Source: a virus
Taxonomy: Duplodnaviria > Caudoviricetes
IMG/VR virus record: IMGVR_UViG_3300027969_000040
Length of the DNA stretch: 64,000 bases
Direction: 5' to 3' (one strand)
Shown: positions 1-8,864 of the stretch, in pieces
Numbering within the stretch: the first letter of the stretch is position 1
Layout: every line of letters begins with the position of its first letter
The notes under the pieces: model-generated
What the model was told of the DNA's origin: nothing
Database searches by the model: none
The model's input: the letters and a program-made list of their open reading frames with translations, nothing else
Translations under genes and position numbers: made by a program

Positions 1-226
1 GCATGCCAAAAGATCTACGGCTATAACTAGCCCACCCATACATACAACACTGAATAATAAAAACAGGATAAATGTAAATAAGAGGCGGATTGGGTACTGT
101 GAGTGCCATAGTGATACTGCATCCAATTGAAATAACCCAAGCCGCAGCTTCAACGATAAAACGAACAGGGTTAGTTTTATAGTCGTTTTTGATCCACGTA
201 AAAACATTACGGATACTGTCGTTCAA
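1..226 (-). CDS. Small membrane protein, truncated at the window edge (MNDSIRNVFTWIKNDYKTNPVRFIVEAAAWVISIGCSITMAL...)
   Basis: Manual translation. TTG start overlaps the TGA of the upstream gene (TTGA); hydrophobic segments; open to position 1. Confidence 0.7.
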   Translation of the reverse strand, partial: MNDSIRNVFTWIKNDYKTNPVRFIVEAAAWVISIGCSITMALTVPNPPLIYIYPVFIIQCCMYGWASYSRRSFGM

Positions 227-486
227 AGTGTCTTGCCTACAGTTTCCAATATAGTATTTAGATCGTCGTGATCGCGATTGGTCTCGCCTAGTTTACTCTT
301 GCTGGCTATCTTAATTGCTTTTTTAAGAATAGCAGGCTTAACTTCAAGTTCTTCAGCAATTGCTTTGATGGTTTCGTTGAGCCCTGTGCTTAGTGCTTCA
401 ACTTCGGCCATTACTTGCATGCCTTCATTGATAATTTGTGTTAGTTTAATTTTTTGATCGCCGCTAAACATACGTGATGATGACAT
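223..486 (-). CDS. Small dsDNA-binding protein, T4 DsbA/GapR(DUF2312)-like
   Basis: 87 aa, helical, with the pattern LTQIINEG..EVEAL..LNETIKAIAEELEVKPAILKKAIK; own sigma70 promoter. Confidence 0.6.
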   Translation of the reverse strand: MSSSRMFSGDQKIKLTQIINEGMQVMAEVEALSTGLNETIKAIAEELEVKPAILKKAIKIASKSKLGETNRDHDDLNTILETVGKTL

Positions 487-514
487 AAAGATCCTTTATA
501 GTGAATTATAGTTA

Positions 515-543
515 ATTATAGATTACTTATTTCACAAAAGCAA
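515..543 (-). promoter_or_regulatory. sigma70-type promoter TTGCTT-N17-TATAAT
   Basis: Read directly from the sequence, 17-nt spacer, upstream of the gene ending at 486. Confidence 0.7.
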
Positions 544-558
544 GTGTTTAGATAAAAA

Positions 559-647
559 AAGTGCTCACTTTCGAGATTCCCGGTAGCGAATCGGGCCGTC
601 CCGCGCCAGCAGCCGGCGCACACTTAATATAACGCAAAGGTCCTAAG
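559..647 (-). ncRNA. Candidate structured RNA or complex terminator
   Basis: GC-rich intergenic island with helices AAGUG/CACUU, GCGCC/GGCGC and CCCG/CGGG, followed by a U-run. Confidence 0.45.
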
Positions 648-661
648 ATAGTGTGTTCGTA

Positions 662-1057
662 TTAACCGTTAATGTAATTTGGATATGCTTTATTAAACTT
701 ACGCATAATAATGCCAGCTACGCTATTAGCTTCGTTTTCTTCATTGCTACCAGTTTCGCCACTGTTAGCATTGAGTTGATTTTCTTGATGTTGTTTAAAA
801 TGAACAAGTTCGTGTGCCAGTGTTCTACAAATATCAATTGGATGTCTGCGATCTATACCCAAACTAATGGTCATATCTGATGGGGAAAAACTACCAAATG
901 TAGGCTGCTCTTGTTGATTCATTGATTTGAAAATGTTAATTTCGGGTAAGTTAGTTAGTCCTAGTTCTTCCATGGCCAATGGAAGTAAATCCTTTATTGC
1001 ACTGTATACAACTTGGTAGGATTCCTTTGATTCAACTAGGAATTCAACAGCTCTCAT
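662..1057 (-). CDS. HExxH zinc-metallopeptidase-like protein with N-terminal MRAVEFLVE leader
   Basis: LAHELVH plus downstream ENEAN. Probable start 1057 (TAATG coupling) rather than 1096. Confidence 0.7.
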   Translation of the reverse strand: MRAVEFLVESKESYQVVYSAIKDLLPLAMEELGLTNLPEINIFKSMNQQEQPTFGSFSPSDMTISLGIDRRHPIDICRTLAHELVHFKQHQENQLNANSGETGSNEENEANSVAGIIMRKFNKAYPNYING

Positions 1058-4000
1058 TATTCTTGATCTCGCCAACGTTTCTCTGCAGAGTCCCAATATC
1101 TTCCACCAACTACATTTTTGGTTTCTGTTTTAGATTCTTCATATGGTTGCTCTTGTGTATCAGGCTCATTGGTAGCCGGTACAACTTGATCGTAGTCTTT
1201 CATGGTCAGAGTATTACCATTACTACTTAGATTTACTAGTTTTTCTGCCACATCGTGCAAATCTAAGTCAGTTTTTGCATCTTCTCTAGCAAATTCCATT
1301 ACACGCAATAGCATAGGAACATCCATGGTGACAGTATCAGTTGGGTTAGATGATGCTTCTTCGTCTAAGTTTATTAATTTTAGATAGTGGCGCTGTAGAT
1401 ATTCTTTAGCCCATTTTGCATCATCAAATAATGGACCAACACGTACACCTGAATGATTTAACACTTCAAATCTTTCGCCCTTGCTACCGTCCGGTCTCAT
1501 GATATTAACTTTACGTACACGCGGTCTGCCAGATTTAATTTCTTCGCCCTCAGGAATCATACCATTGCGGGCACTGTCTTCTAATTCTAAGTATGCAGCC
1601 TTGGCTTTTTGATAGTTGGTCTCGTCACCAATTTTATCGTAATGTTGCATCAGGTCGTGCAGTCGATCTGCTTCTTTAATATAATCGCGCATGCTCATTT
1701 TAGCAGGTTCGGCAGATTCGTTTTTATCTTGCCACCAGTAATTACCGTTAACAGGTTTTGATTTAGGCAACGATGGTGTTTTATTCAACATACGGCTACG
1801 TGCAGCTAGCGCCATTTTTTTTAATGTTTCTGGATCTTTGCCACTTAGATTAGGATGAGTGGAAGACTGGAAACGTTTAATCCATGTGTCTGGGGAATCG
1901 TTTGCAGTTAGTTTACCTTCGTCTATTTGTTGTGCTAGTATGCGTTCGACTTGTTTAATCCAGCTATTTAAATTATTCGATTCAATACCTTGTGCATTGT
2001 TTCCAACCATGCCTGCAACAGAATTAATAGCATCACTTACACGATCAGACCCATATTTTAGTAAATCTGGTCGTTTTTCTGTAATGCCCTTAACAATGGC
2101 ACTTATAACAGAACTATTCGATACGCCCTCCGCCACACCTTGCTCTTTAACCAAACGTAATGCTGTAGCAGGTAGATTGTTGGCTTGCCCGCCATCGTCT
2201 AGGTCAATGTAATAGGTTTTTGGGGCACCTTTAAAGGCACCGTGCTTAATTTCTCTAATCCAACCGGTCTTACCAGCGTGTTCGCCTTTGACAACTTTTA
2301 CCTTCTTGGCTAGCCCCTTGCCTTCCGCCACACCTTGCTTGTCAATACTTCCCCGTATACCGCATTTAGCACAATGATATTGTGTTAGCGTTGGGTGTTC
2401 TTTTTTCTTTACAGGACCATGGCAATGTGGGCAGGTACCTGTGGCCATTGCCTTGACTTCTTTACTCATATCTTCTTCGGAGCCTTCCGCCACACCTTCA
2501 TTAGGTTTACAGTTGCGAACCTGGCCGCCATTCTTACCTTTCTTAGTACCTACTGCATGTTTGCCTGGCCAGCAACGAGTAAATCCGTTGCTATCTTTGG
2601 CACCTTTCTTAATCTCATTCAAGTTGCCGTGTGTTTGACACATGCCGCAGTCTTCACACACCATTTCCATCTCTACTGATTCGTTGTGTTTTTTCTTGCC
2701 AGCACAATGTGCTCGTTGGCTGAACCCTTTGGGGTGACTACAGTTGATACTGTTCTTGTATTTTTGGCTCCACTCCTCTGCCACACCTTGTGCCGGTGCT
2801 TGAGGTTTAGATTGATTTTTTTGTACCCATTGCATTACTTGAGTTTTTAGTTGTAATGGAACTGTATCTTGTTTACCGTTTACAAAATCTACTACATCTA
2901 TAGTTCTGTTACCAAATGGGCCTTCGCCAGCGGAGTTAGTGCCTACAATACCTTGTGCATTTTGTCCAGCCGTACCTAAGTCTGGATCAGACCCTTTTGC
3001 TAAAAATTTATCAAGTCCTAATGTACTAGCAGTATTAGGTGGCACCCAAGACATTGATGTAAAAGTTACATTGTCGTATGCTGTATGCCCGCCCAATCCT
3101 TCACTTCCTCTATAATCTGCTTTAATATAATTACCGTCGGCCATTTTGAAATAAACTGTGCGAGGTGCAAACATATCTAATTCATTCAATTGATCCTTTG
3201 CTACACTGTGCTCGCCGGTACCTATATAGTGATGGTCGTGTACTTTATAACCTTTTTTGCGATAGTGAGCAATGGCAGATTTAATTGCCTTATCACGATT
3301 GTCGCTAGTTACCTTCACAGTTTTTTGTATAGTTTCTTTACGTTTGCTAACCATTGCGTGATTAGGGTCTGTAACAGTTAAACTAATACGATGTACAGAT
3401 TTTGTGCTTTCGTCAACTTGATCTCCGTTGCCAACTAATCTAATTAGATGCCCTTGTTTAAAATATGTTGGGTGATACATTACTACATTAAAGGTACTAT
3501 CGTTGTTATAGGAAATCTTTACATCACCTCCAGCAGCAACAATCTTACTTTTTATATCTTTTGTTGCTTGTGCATTTTTATTGGGCCCATACATAGCATT
3601 AGCCATTTGGTCTGCTAATTGTAATAGATATTGTTTCTCGTCTCCGCCACCTTCATCTGGTGCAAACTCTTTTAATTTTCTTTGAGCATCAATTTGTGCC
3701 AATTGCTTTCTAGCAGACTGATCTCCGGAGTGGGCGCGATCTATTAGCTTTGCCATGTCAGCTTTTAATTTGGCTATTTTATTATCGATTGAATTAATAT
3801 TACCTTTGACAACGTCATCTGGTACTGCGACTTTTGCACTGCCTGGGAAGTCTCTAAATTCGCCTTCGTTCATTACTCTGCTACTTAAATCGTTAATTTG
3901 AATTTCAAGATTTGCAATTTGTTTTTGATCTTTAACTTTAACTGGATATGGTTTTCCATTCCACTCAAACTGTTGCGCACCTTGTTTAGCGGCTGCAAGA

Positions 4001-4767
4001 TGTGCTTTTGCAAAAGCCAATGCTTCCTCTGTTGTACCAAATACTTTACTGGCTAGCCATTTAAGAGTTTTGTAAGTTATTACTCCACCTAATACTGCCA
4101 TTGCTCCTGTCAGCAATCCTGCACCTAGTGCCGGAGCAAATAAAGCAATACCCCCGCCAGAGCTTGCCATAGTAACACCAGCAGTGGAACCAGTTAATCC
4201 TGCCCCTACACCAACCCCTAATGCTTTGTTTAACTCGGTGTCGTGCATAAACGAATCTGCATTTCTGAGTTTATTTCCTAGTTCACTTCCCGGAAATAAT
4301 GCTTCGTTTACTTCAGACTCGTTCTTAACAAGTCCCATATCTTCAAGGTACTCAACTGCCTTTAATAAATTGGGTGTTGTTTTTTCTGTAGTCTTACCGT
4401 TATGTGTAATTCTTAATACATTTGTATCGCCGTCGGTACTGATAGTAGCAGTAACTTCTGAATTATCTGGATCTATGTAACTTAATATTTCTTTAAATTT
4501 ATCTTCTATAGTTTCTTTTTCTTTTTTATCAGCGTAAGTTCCGTTTTTACCTCTGATTAAATTGTGTACTTTGCCTTCTTTGTCGGTTCTGGTCATTGCG
4601 GCAGGTTTAAGGAATGCAGCATCGTATGCAACAGCCGTTCCGAATTTCTTTTCCAATGTGGAAAGGTCGTATGCTTTTGCTTCTTTGTCTTCGGTTTGAA
4701 TTGTTTTATTTTTAATCTGACCTAAAAATTCACGATCGTCATCGCTGAACATATCTAATACATACAT
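1057..4767 (-). CDS. 1236-aa mosaic protein of short modules (KOW-like, Cys/Zn ribbons, helical modules) joined at xxE sites
   Basis: Four GVAE linkers; CxxC pairs (CEDCGMC, CPHCH..CAKC); KOW-like KVKVVKGEHAGKTG. Confidence 0.85.
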   Translation of the reverse strand: MYVLDMFSDDDREFLGQIKNKTIQTEDKEAKAYDLSTLEKKFGTAVAYDAAFLKPAAMTRTDKEGKVHNLIRGKNGTYADKKEKETIEDKFKEILSYIDPDNSEVTATISTDGDTNVLRITHNGKTTEKTTPNLLKAVEYLEDMGLVKNESEVNEALFPGSELGNKLRNADSFMHDTELNKALGVGVGAGLTGSTAGVTMASSGGGIALFAPALGAGLLTGAMAVLGGVITYKTLKWLASKVFGTTEEALAFAKAHLAAAKQGAQQFEWNGKPYPVKVKDQKQIANLEIQINDLSSRVMNEGEFRDFPGSAKVAVPDDVVKGNINSIDNKIAKLKADMAKLIDRAHSGDQSARKQLAQIDAQRKLKEFAPDEGGGDEKQYLLQLADQMANAMYGPNKNAQATKDIKSKIVAAGGDVKISYNNDSTFNVVMYHPTYFKQGHLIRLVGNGDQVDESTKSVHRISLTVTDPNHAMVSKRKETIQKTVKVTSDNRDKAIKSAIAHYRKKGYKVHDHHYIGTGEHSVAKDQLNELDMFAPRTVYFKMADGNYIKADYRGSEGLGGHTAYDNVTFTSMSWVPPNTASTLGLDKFLAKGSDPDLGTAGQNAQGIVGTNSAGEGPFGNRTIDVVDFVNGKQDTVPLQLKTQVMQWVQKNQSKPQAPAQGVAEEWSQKYKNSINCSHPKGFSQRAHCAGKKKHNESVEMEMVCEDCGMCQTHGNLNEIKKGAKDSNGFTRCWPGKHAVGTKKGKNGGQVRNCKPNEGVAEGSEEDMSKEVKAMATGTCPHCHGPVKKKEHPTLTQYHCAKCGIRGSIDKQGVAEGKGLAKKVKVVKGEHAGKTGWIREIKHGAFKGAPKTYYIDLDDGGQANNLPATALRLVKEQGVAEGVSNSSVISAIVKGITEKRPDLLKYGSDRVSDAINSVAGMVGNNAQGIESNNLNSWIKQVERILAQQIDEGKLTANDSPDTWIKRFQSSTHPNLSGKDPETLKKMALAARSRMLNKTPSLPKSKPVNGNYWWQDKNESAEPAKMSMRDYIKEADRLHDLMQHYDKIGDETNYQKAKAAYLELEDSARNGMIPEGEEIKSGRPRVRKVNIMRPDGSKGERFEVLNHSGVRVGPLFDDAKWAKEYLQRHYLKLINLDEEASSNPTDTVTMDVPMLLRVMEFAREDAKTDLDLHDVAEKLVNLSSNGNTLTMKDYDQVVPATNEPDTQEQPYEESKTETKNVVGGRYWDSAEKRWRDQE
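2128..2790 (-). repeat. Dispersed repeat (C/G)AAGGTGTGGC(G/A)GA(A/G)G encoding (Q/E)GVAE
   Basis: Copies at 2128-2142, 2322-2337, 2483-2498 and 2776-2790; degenerate copy at 5751-5766 (QSVTE). Confidence 0.9.
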
Positions 4768-4768
4768 A

Positions 4769-5308
4769 TTAACCTCCCTGCCCTGACATATTTTGTTTTA
4801 CTGTGTTTGTAAGTGTCCCCAATTGGCTTGACGATAAGCCAGCATTGGCTAACATCTGTGCCATTGCTGCTAATCCTTGTGGATTAATTGGCGGTGTTGG
4901 TTTTGGTGTTTGCCCCGGCGTAGAACCAACTGTTGTTGTTTTTGGTGCAGTGTTGGCCGCAGTAGTAGGCGGTGTAGTCTGACCAGCAGATGTAGTTGGT
5001 GCAGCTTGCCCTGCAGATGCAGACGGTGTAGTTTGAGCTTGCCCTGCAGATTGCCCTACAGTTCCGACTACACCTACTTCGTTTATACTTCTTACATATT
5101 TTTGGTCTTTAAAATATTCAACCAATGAATCAACACTATCGTGATAATCGATTCCTGATTCAAGCAAATCATTTACAGATTGTTTAATGAAATGTCTTTC
5201 ATTCTCAGTTATACCGCCGTATACATTTTTATCTTCAACGATATCGTTTACACGTACCAGGCCTTCTACAATCCTGTTTAATAGTGTTGATGAAATAGAG
5301 TCAATCAT
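4769..5308 (-). CDS. Hypothetical protein with Thr/Pro/Ala-rich C-terminal linker
   Basis: 179-aa ORF in the operon; IVE/ITE/INE junction motifs. Confidence 0.8.
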   Translation of the reverse strand: MIDSISSTLLNRIVEGLVRVNDIVEDKNVYGGITENERHFIKQSVNDLLESGIDYHDSVDSLVEYFKDQKYVRSINEVGVVGTVGQSAGQAQTTPSASAGQAAPTTSAGQTTPPTTAANTAPKTTTVGSTPGQTPKPTPPINPQGLAAMAQMLANAGLSSSQLGTLTNTVKQNMSGQGG

Positions 5309-6267
5309 TTGCTGGTCCTTGACTTGGGACGGCCACCAAACAATTCACCTGCTTGTTGTCCACCCATATTAGTTGCCATACCACCACTTGAACTAGCACC
5401 TGCCGTTGATTCAAATTCTGCATCTGGCGCATCTACATCGCCTATTTTACTAGAGTTCATTGTGATGCCTTTATATTTAATTTTTAGATTAGAATACATG
5501 TTACCACGTTGTCTTAAAAAATTACTTAACCATTTGTCGGCCTGTATAATAACTTGTTTTGGTGCGCCTCCCCAATTATATTTTTCTATCATTGGTGTTA
5601 GATCAAATTCCTTATACTCACCACCCATTAGCATAGATGCCATTAATTTATTTGGATCGGTCTGATCGGCTGCTTTTGCTAACCCAGGTGCTGCTGCTAC
5701 TGCTGCGGCTGCACCAGCGCGCCCAAGGAATCCTCTACGGTTCATATCAGCTTCCGTCACACTTTGCTGACCTAATACAGGACCAACTTGAATACCTTTG
5801 CTTGCTAGTAAATCTTTAATACGACCGGCTCTGTTACTAGCGGCTTCATACTCTTGCTGTGTTTTGGCATTTTTTACAGCCATGACTGCTTGTTGGTATT
5901 GTTGTTTCCACTCATTAGCACCGGGTGTTTTGATAGAGGAGCCGTCTGGATAATCGCCTTCCTCTACAATGCCAAGAGTATTCATGTTCTCGTCGGCAAC
6001 TTTGTTCTCCATATGAGAACCTAATTCGTATTCTAACCATTCTTTTACATTACGTAAGTAATCATTCGCCAAAGTTATCTTTTCGCTTGCCCACCCCGGT
6101 ATACCATCTTCCTCGCTGATTTTTTTAAGCATTCTATGCAGTTCCATGGCATTTGATGCAGAATGATAACATTCTTCTCTGGCCATTTGTACTTCGTGGT
6201 CCATATGCATAGACTCAGCTGCTTGGACAATTGGGTGTTTTTCGGGTATAAAATCTATAGGTTTCAT
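5305..6267 (-). CDS. Mosaic protein with an internal twin-arginine signal-like segment
   Basis: 320 aa; DHEVQMAR..WASEKITLANDYL module; internal SVTE-ADMNRRGFLGRAGAAAAVAAAPGLAKA. Confidence 0.85.
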   Translation of the reverse strand: MKPIDFIPEKHPIVQAAESMHMDHEVQMAREECYHSASNAMELHRMLKKISEEDGIPGWASEKITLANDYLRNVKEWLEYELGSHMENKVADENMNTLGIVEEGDYPDGSSIKTPGANEWKQQYQQAVMAVKNAKTQQEYEAASNRAGRIKDLLASKGIQVGPVLGQQSVTEADMNRRGFLGRAGAAAAVAAAPGLAKAADQTDPNKLMASMLMGGEYKEFDLTPMIEKYNWGGAPKQVIIQADKWLSNFLRQRGNMYSNLKIKYKGITMNSSKIGDVDAPDAEFESTAGASSSGGMATNMGGQQAGELFGGRPKSRTSK

Positions 6268-6304
6268 AGTAGTAAATTGGTTAGTAATGTATTTATGTTA
6301 CAGT

Positions 6305-7903
6305 TTAATACGCACTGTTGGACTTGATGATAACTTGATCAATGGGTAAACTAGCCACTGAGTTATTAAGGCTAGTCCAGGACTCGATTCCTGTATTCTT
6401 ATTAGGGGTAAACAATACTTTATCGTTTTTAACTTCACCAGTAGCTATTCCTACTGGTTTACCTTTCCACCAAACAACATCGCCGCTTTTAACACGCTCT
6501 GCTTTATTCAAAAATTGGTCTGGTGGTGTAATGCCTTCTGTTACTTTATTTTCTAACTTATTAAAGAATATTACAATTGCTTGTTTTACATCTTCGGCAG
6601 CATATAATCTATCATTAGTGATAGCCAATCGTTTAGAAAACAGATCTCCGTCTTCTTTACTTTTAGCATATTCCTTTGCTGCAAGACTAGAAAAATGTGC
6701 TCGCGCTGCATATAGTCTACGTAATTCCATCCATTCTTCTTCGTCTGGCGTGGGTCTTGGATCGTGTTGCAGCAAAGACAATCGCTTCATTCTTTCTGCA
6801 TATTTTACCAACTCCACAGCTACTTTTTCTGCAAGGTGACCTTCGTATGGTTTTTCTTGTATAGGGGTATAGTCATTGACATCGTCCCAATTTGGATCTA
6901 CAAGATCGCCTTCGGGATCGAGCTCGGAGCGTGACAAGTATTGAACAAGTTTTTTTGCTAGATTGCTGTTGGTATCAGACATTTTTAAAAAGGCAAGGCG
7001 TCCTGCATTCAGCCCCCTTTCTGCAAATAATCGTGCTAACTCTACTAATTCCCTAGTATCTTTTTCAACTTCAGGATCTGACTCGGGGTCTAAGAACGTT
7101 CTTGTAAATTTTATAATTTCGCTGGCATATTTATAAGGTCTGTAGTCTGTTACACGTTGTTTAAAATCTTCTTCTAAGTTAGTTGCAGCGTCAACAACTG
7201 GGTCATATGGTATTTTATTAAAAATATGTACCAACTCAGGGGTTGCTTGCCCGTATAATTGTGTTAAGAATTCTTTACTGGCATTTTCATCTTCCCGCAC
7301 CATATTCCATAACATCCTGCATTCAGTGCCATGGCTAGCATCGTATGTCTTTCCATTGATATTAACCTGTGCTGGTTTTTCTGCTACAACTATTACATAG
7401 CTATGTTTGTCTGCGGTAGTTGATTCTGCAATGGATTTAAATGTTAAGAATGGTTTAAGATCACCAACATTTTTACCAGGCGGTATTCTGGACTTCCTGG
7501 GTGACCCGTCTTTTTTCGGTTTGGGTGTAAATTGTGTATAGACACTATCAACTTCTAGTCGTTGTTTATCTGGTTCGCCTACAGCAAAAATGGCTATTGT
7601 TTTACTAGGATCAAATCCTAATATTCTTGCATAATCTTGAATTTCGTAAGGTTGATTGGCTTCAACAATACGATCGTTATGTACACCTGCGGCATGCATT
7701 AGCTGTACTTTATCAGTAAAGCTAAATGGACTTTTAGGTAGATCTACATTATTACTAGTACCAATGAATACATTATCACGACCAAATTTTCTTTGCAGTT
7801 CGTTAAAAACCGCACTATGCCCTTTATGAAACGGCTGGAACCTTCCTGGGTAAATAACCACAATGTGGGTTGCTTGGGATTCAAAAAGGTCAAATACAAA
7901 CAT
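6305..7903 (-). CDS. HIGH-motif nucleotidyltransferase (cytidylyltransferase/NMNAT-like) fused to extra modules
   Basis: IYPGRFQPFHKGH near the N-terminus; later modules follow NLEE and KVTE junctions. Confidence 0.75.
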   Translation of the reverse strand: MFVFDLFESQATHIVVIYPGRFQPFHKGHSAVFNELQRKFGRDNVFIGTSNNVDLPKSPFSFTDKVQLMHAAGVHNDRIVEANQPYEIQDYARILGFDPSKTIAIFAVGEPDKQRLEVDSVYTQFTPKPKKDGSPRKSRIPPGKNVGDLKPFLTFKSIAESTTADKHSYVIVVAEKPAQVNINGKTYDASHGTECRMLWNMVREDENASKEFLTQLYGQATPELVHIFNKIPYDPVVDAATNLEEDFKQRVTDYRPYKYASEIIKFTRTFLDPESDPEVEKDTRELVELARLFAERGLNAGRLAFLKMSDTNSNLAKKLVQYLSRSELDPEGDLVDPNWDDVNDYTPIQEKPYEGHLAEKVAVELVKYAERMKRLSLLQHDPRPTPDEEEWMELRRLYAARAHFSSLAAKEYAKSKEDGDLFSKRLAITNDRLYAAEDVKQAIVIFFNKLENKVTEGITPPDQFLNKAERVKSGDVVWWKGKPVGIATGEVKNDKVLFTPNKNTGIESWTSLNNSVASLPIDQVIIKSNSAY

Positions 7904-7951
7904 AAAAATTCCTTATCTAATATTTATGGTCATTGATAAGAATCGTTGAAT

Positions 7952-7986
7952 CAAAAAAAAAGACTGAAATAATTTCAGTCTTTTTT
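7952..7986. terminator. Intrinsic terminator, bidirectional-looking
   Basis: A-run, AGACTGAAAT-A-ATTTCAGTCT, T-run. Confidence 0.85.
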
Positions 7987-7999
7987 ATGTATTGTAATT

Positions 8000-8854
8000 T
8001 TATTCTGCTGGTGTTGGTGCTTTTGGCGCTTTAGAAAAGTCCGGCATTTGACTCAAATCACCTTTGTATTCATAGTGCCCGATGTGATTTAACAAGACTT
8101 TGTTATGTGCCCAAATTTCGCCGCCAATAGCTTGCCAGCGTCGGCAGAACAGCCAATCTTCGCTAAGATAGTGGCCTTTTGCATCAATTGCTGTGTCAAA
8201 TATAGCATACATCATTGGTTCGTATTGCTTGCCTAACCCTACATCATCTACATACTTGGTTTCTGGATGTGCAGCAATTAGTTGCTCATATACGCTACGT
8301 TTAAAGATTAAAAATCCAGTTCCCATAGTATCTACTGTAAAGATATCGCCCTGTATTTTAGTCTGCGGCAACAAGTTAATCACATAGTTACTAGGAATGC
8401 TTTTCTTAGGATACAATCCGCCGATGACATCTTTTTCATAAACAAGCATTTGAAATATTGATTCTGCATCAAATCTGATATCTGCATCAATGAACATAAA
8501 ATGTGTAGCCTTATCATTAGTCATCATTTTAGCCATTAAATTATTACGGCCACGAGTAATTAAACTCTCGTTAACCATAGTATCTAAACTCCAATTGAGT
8601 CCTGTCCGTTGAGCCATTAATATGAAACGTAATAAACTGGTCATGGTAGGTTCGCTACACATACCGCCGTAGCATGGAATTCCAATATGCAAATGAAGTT
8701 TACTAAAATCGTACGGAGTGCCATTTTGTTGCTTCTCTTGTACTGCTTCACTTTGTTTTTTCATTATATCGGCAATTTTTTGTACAACGTCTGTAGCACT
8801 TTCACCGGGCAAATTAATTGGATTGCTCGATTCTGATTGATTATTATTTTCCAT
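8000..8854 (-). CDS. GT-A fold glycosyltransferase-like protein
   Basis: IGIPCYGG, NESLITRGRN, FMFIDADI (DxD) and YLSEDWLFCRRW motifs. Confidence 0.75.
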   Translation of the reverse strand: MENNNQSESSNPINLPGESATDVVQKIADIMKKQSEAVQEKQQNGTPYDFSKLHLHIGIPCYGGMCSEPTMTSLLRFILMAQRTGLNWSLDTMVNESLITRGRNNLMAKMMTNDKATHFMFIDADIRFDAESIFQMLVYEKDVIGGLYPKKSIPSNYVINLLPQTKIQGDIFTVDTMGTGFLIFKRSVYEQLIAAHPETKYVDDVGLGKQYEPMMYAIFDTAIDAKGHYLSEDWLFCRRWQAIGGEIWAHNKVLLNHIGHYEYKGDLSQMPDFSKAPKAPTPAE

Positions 8855-8864
8855 TTTTTTCTTT

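Noticed and set aside
559-647. HDV-like or hammerhead ribozyme (GCGAAU and GAAA motifs)
   Set aside because: The nested double-pseudoknot order and the CUGAUGA core could not be built on either strand; kept only as an unclassified RNA candidate.
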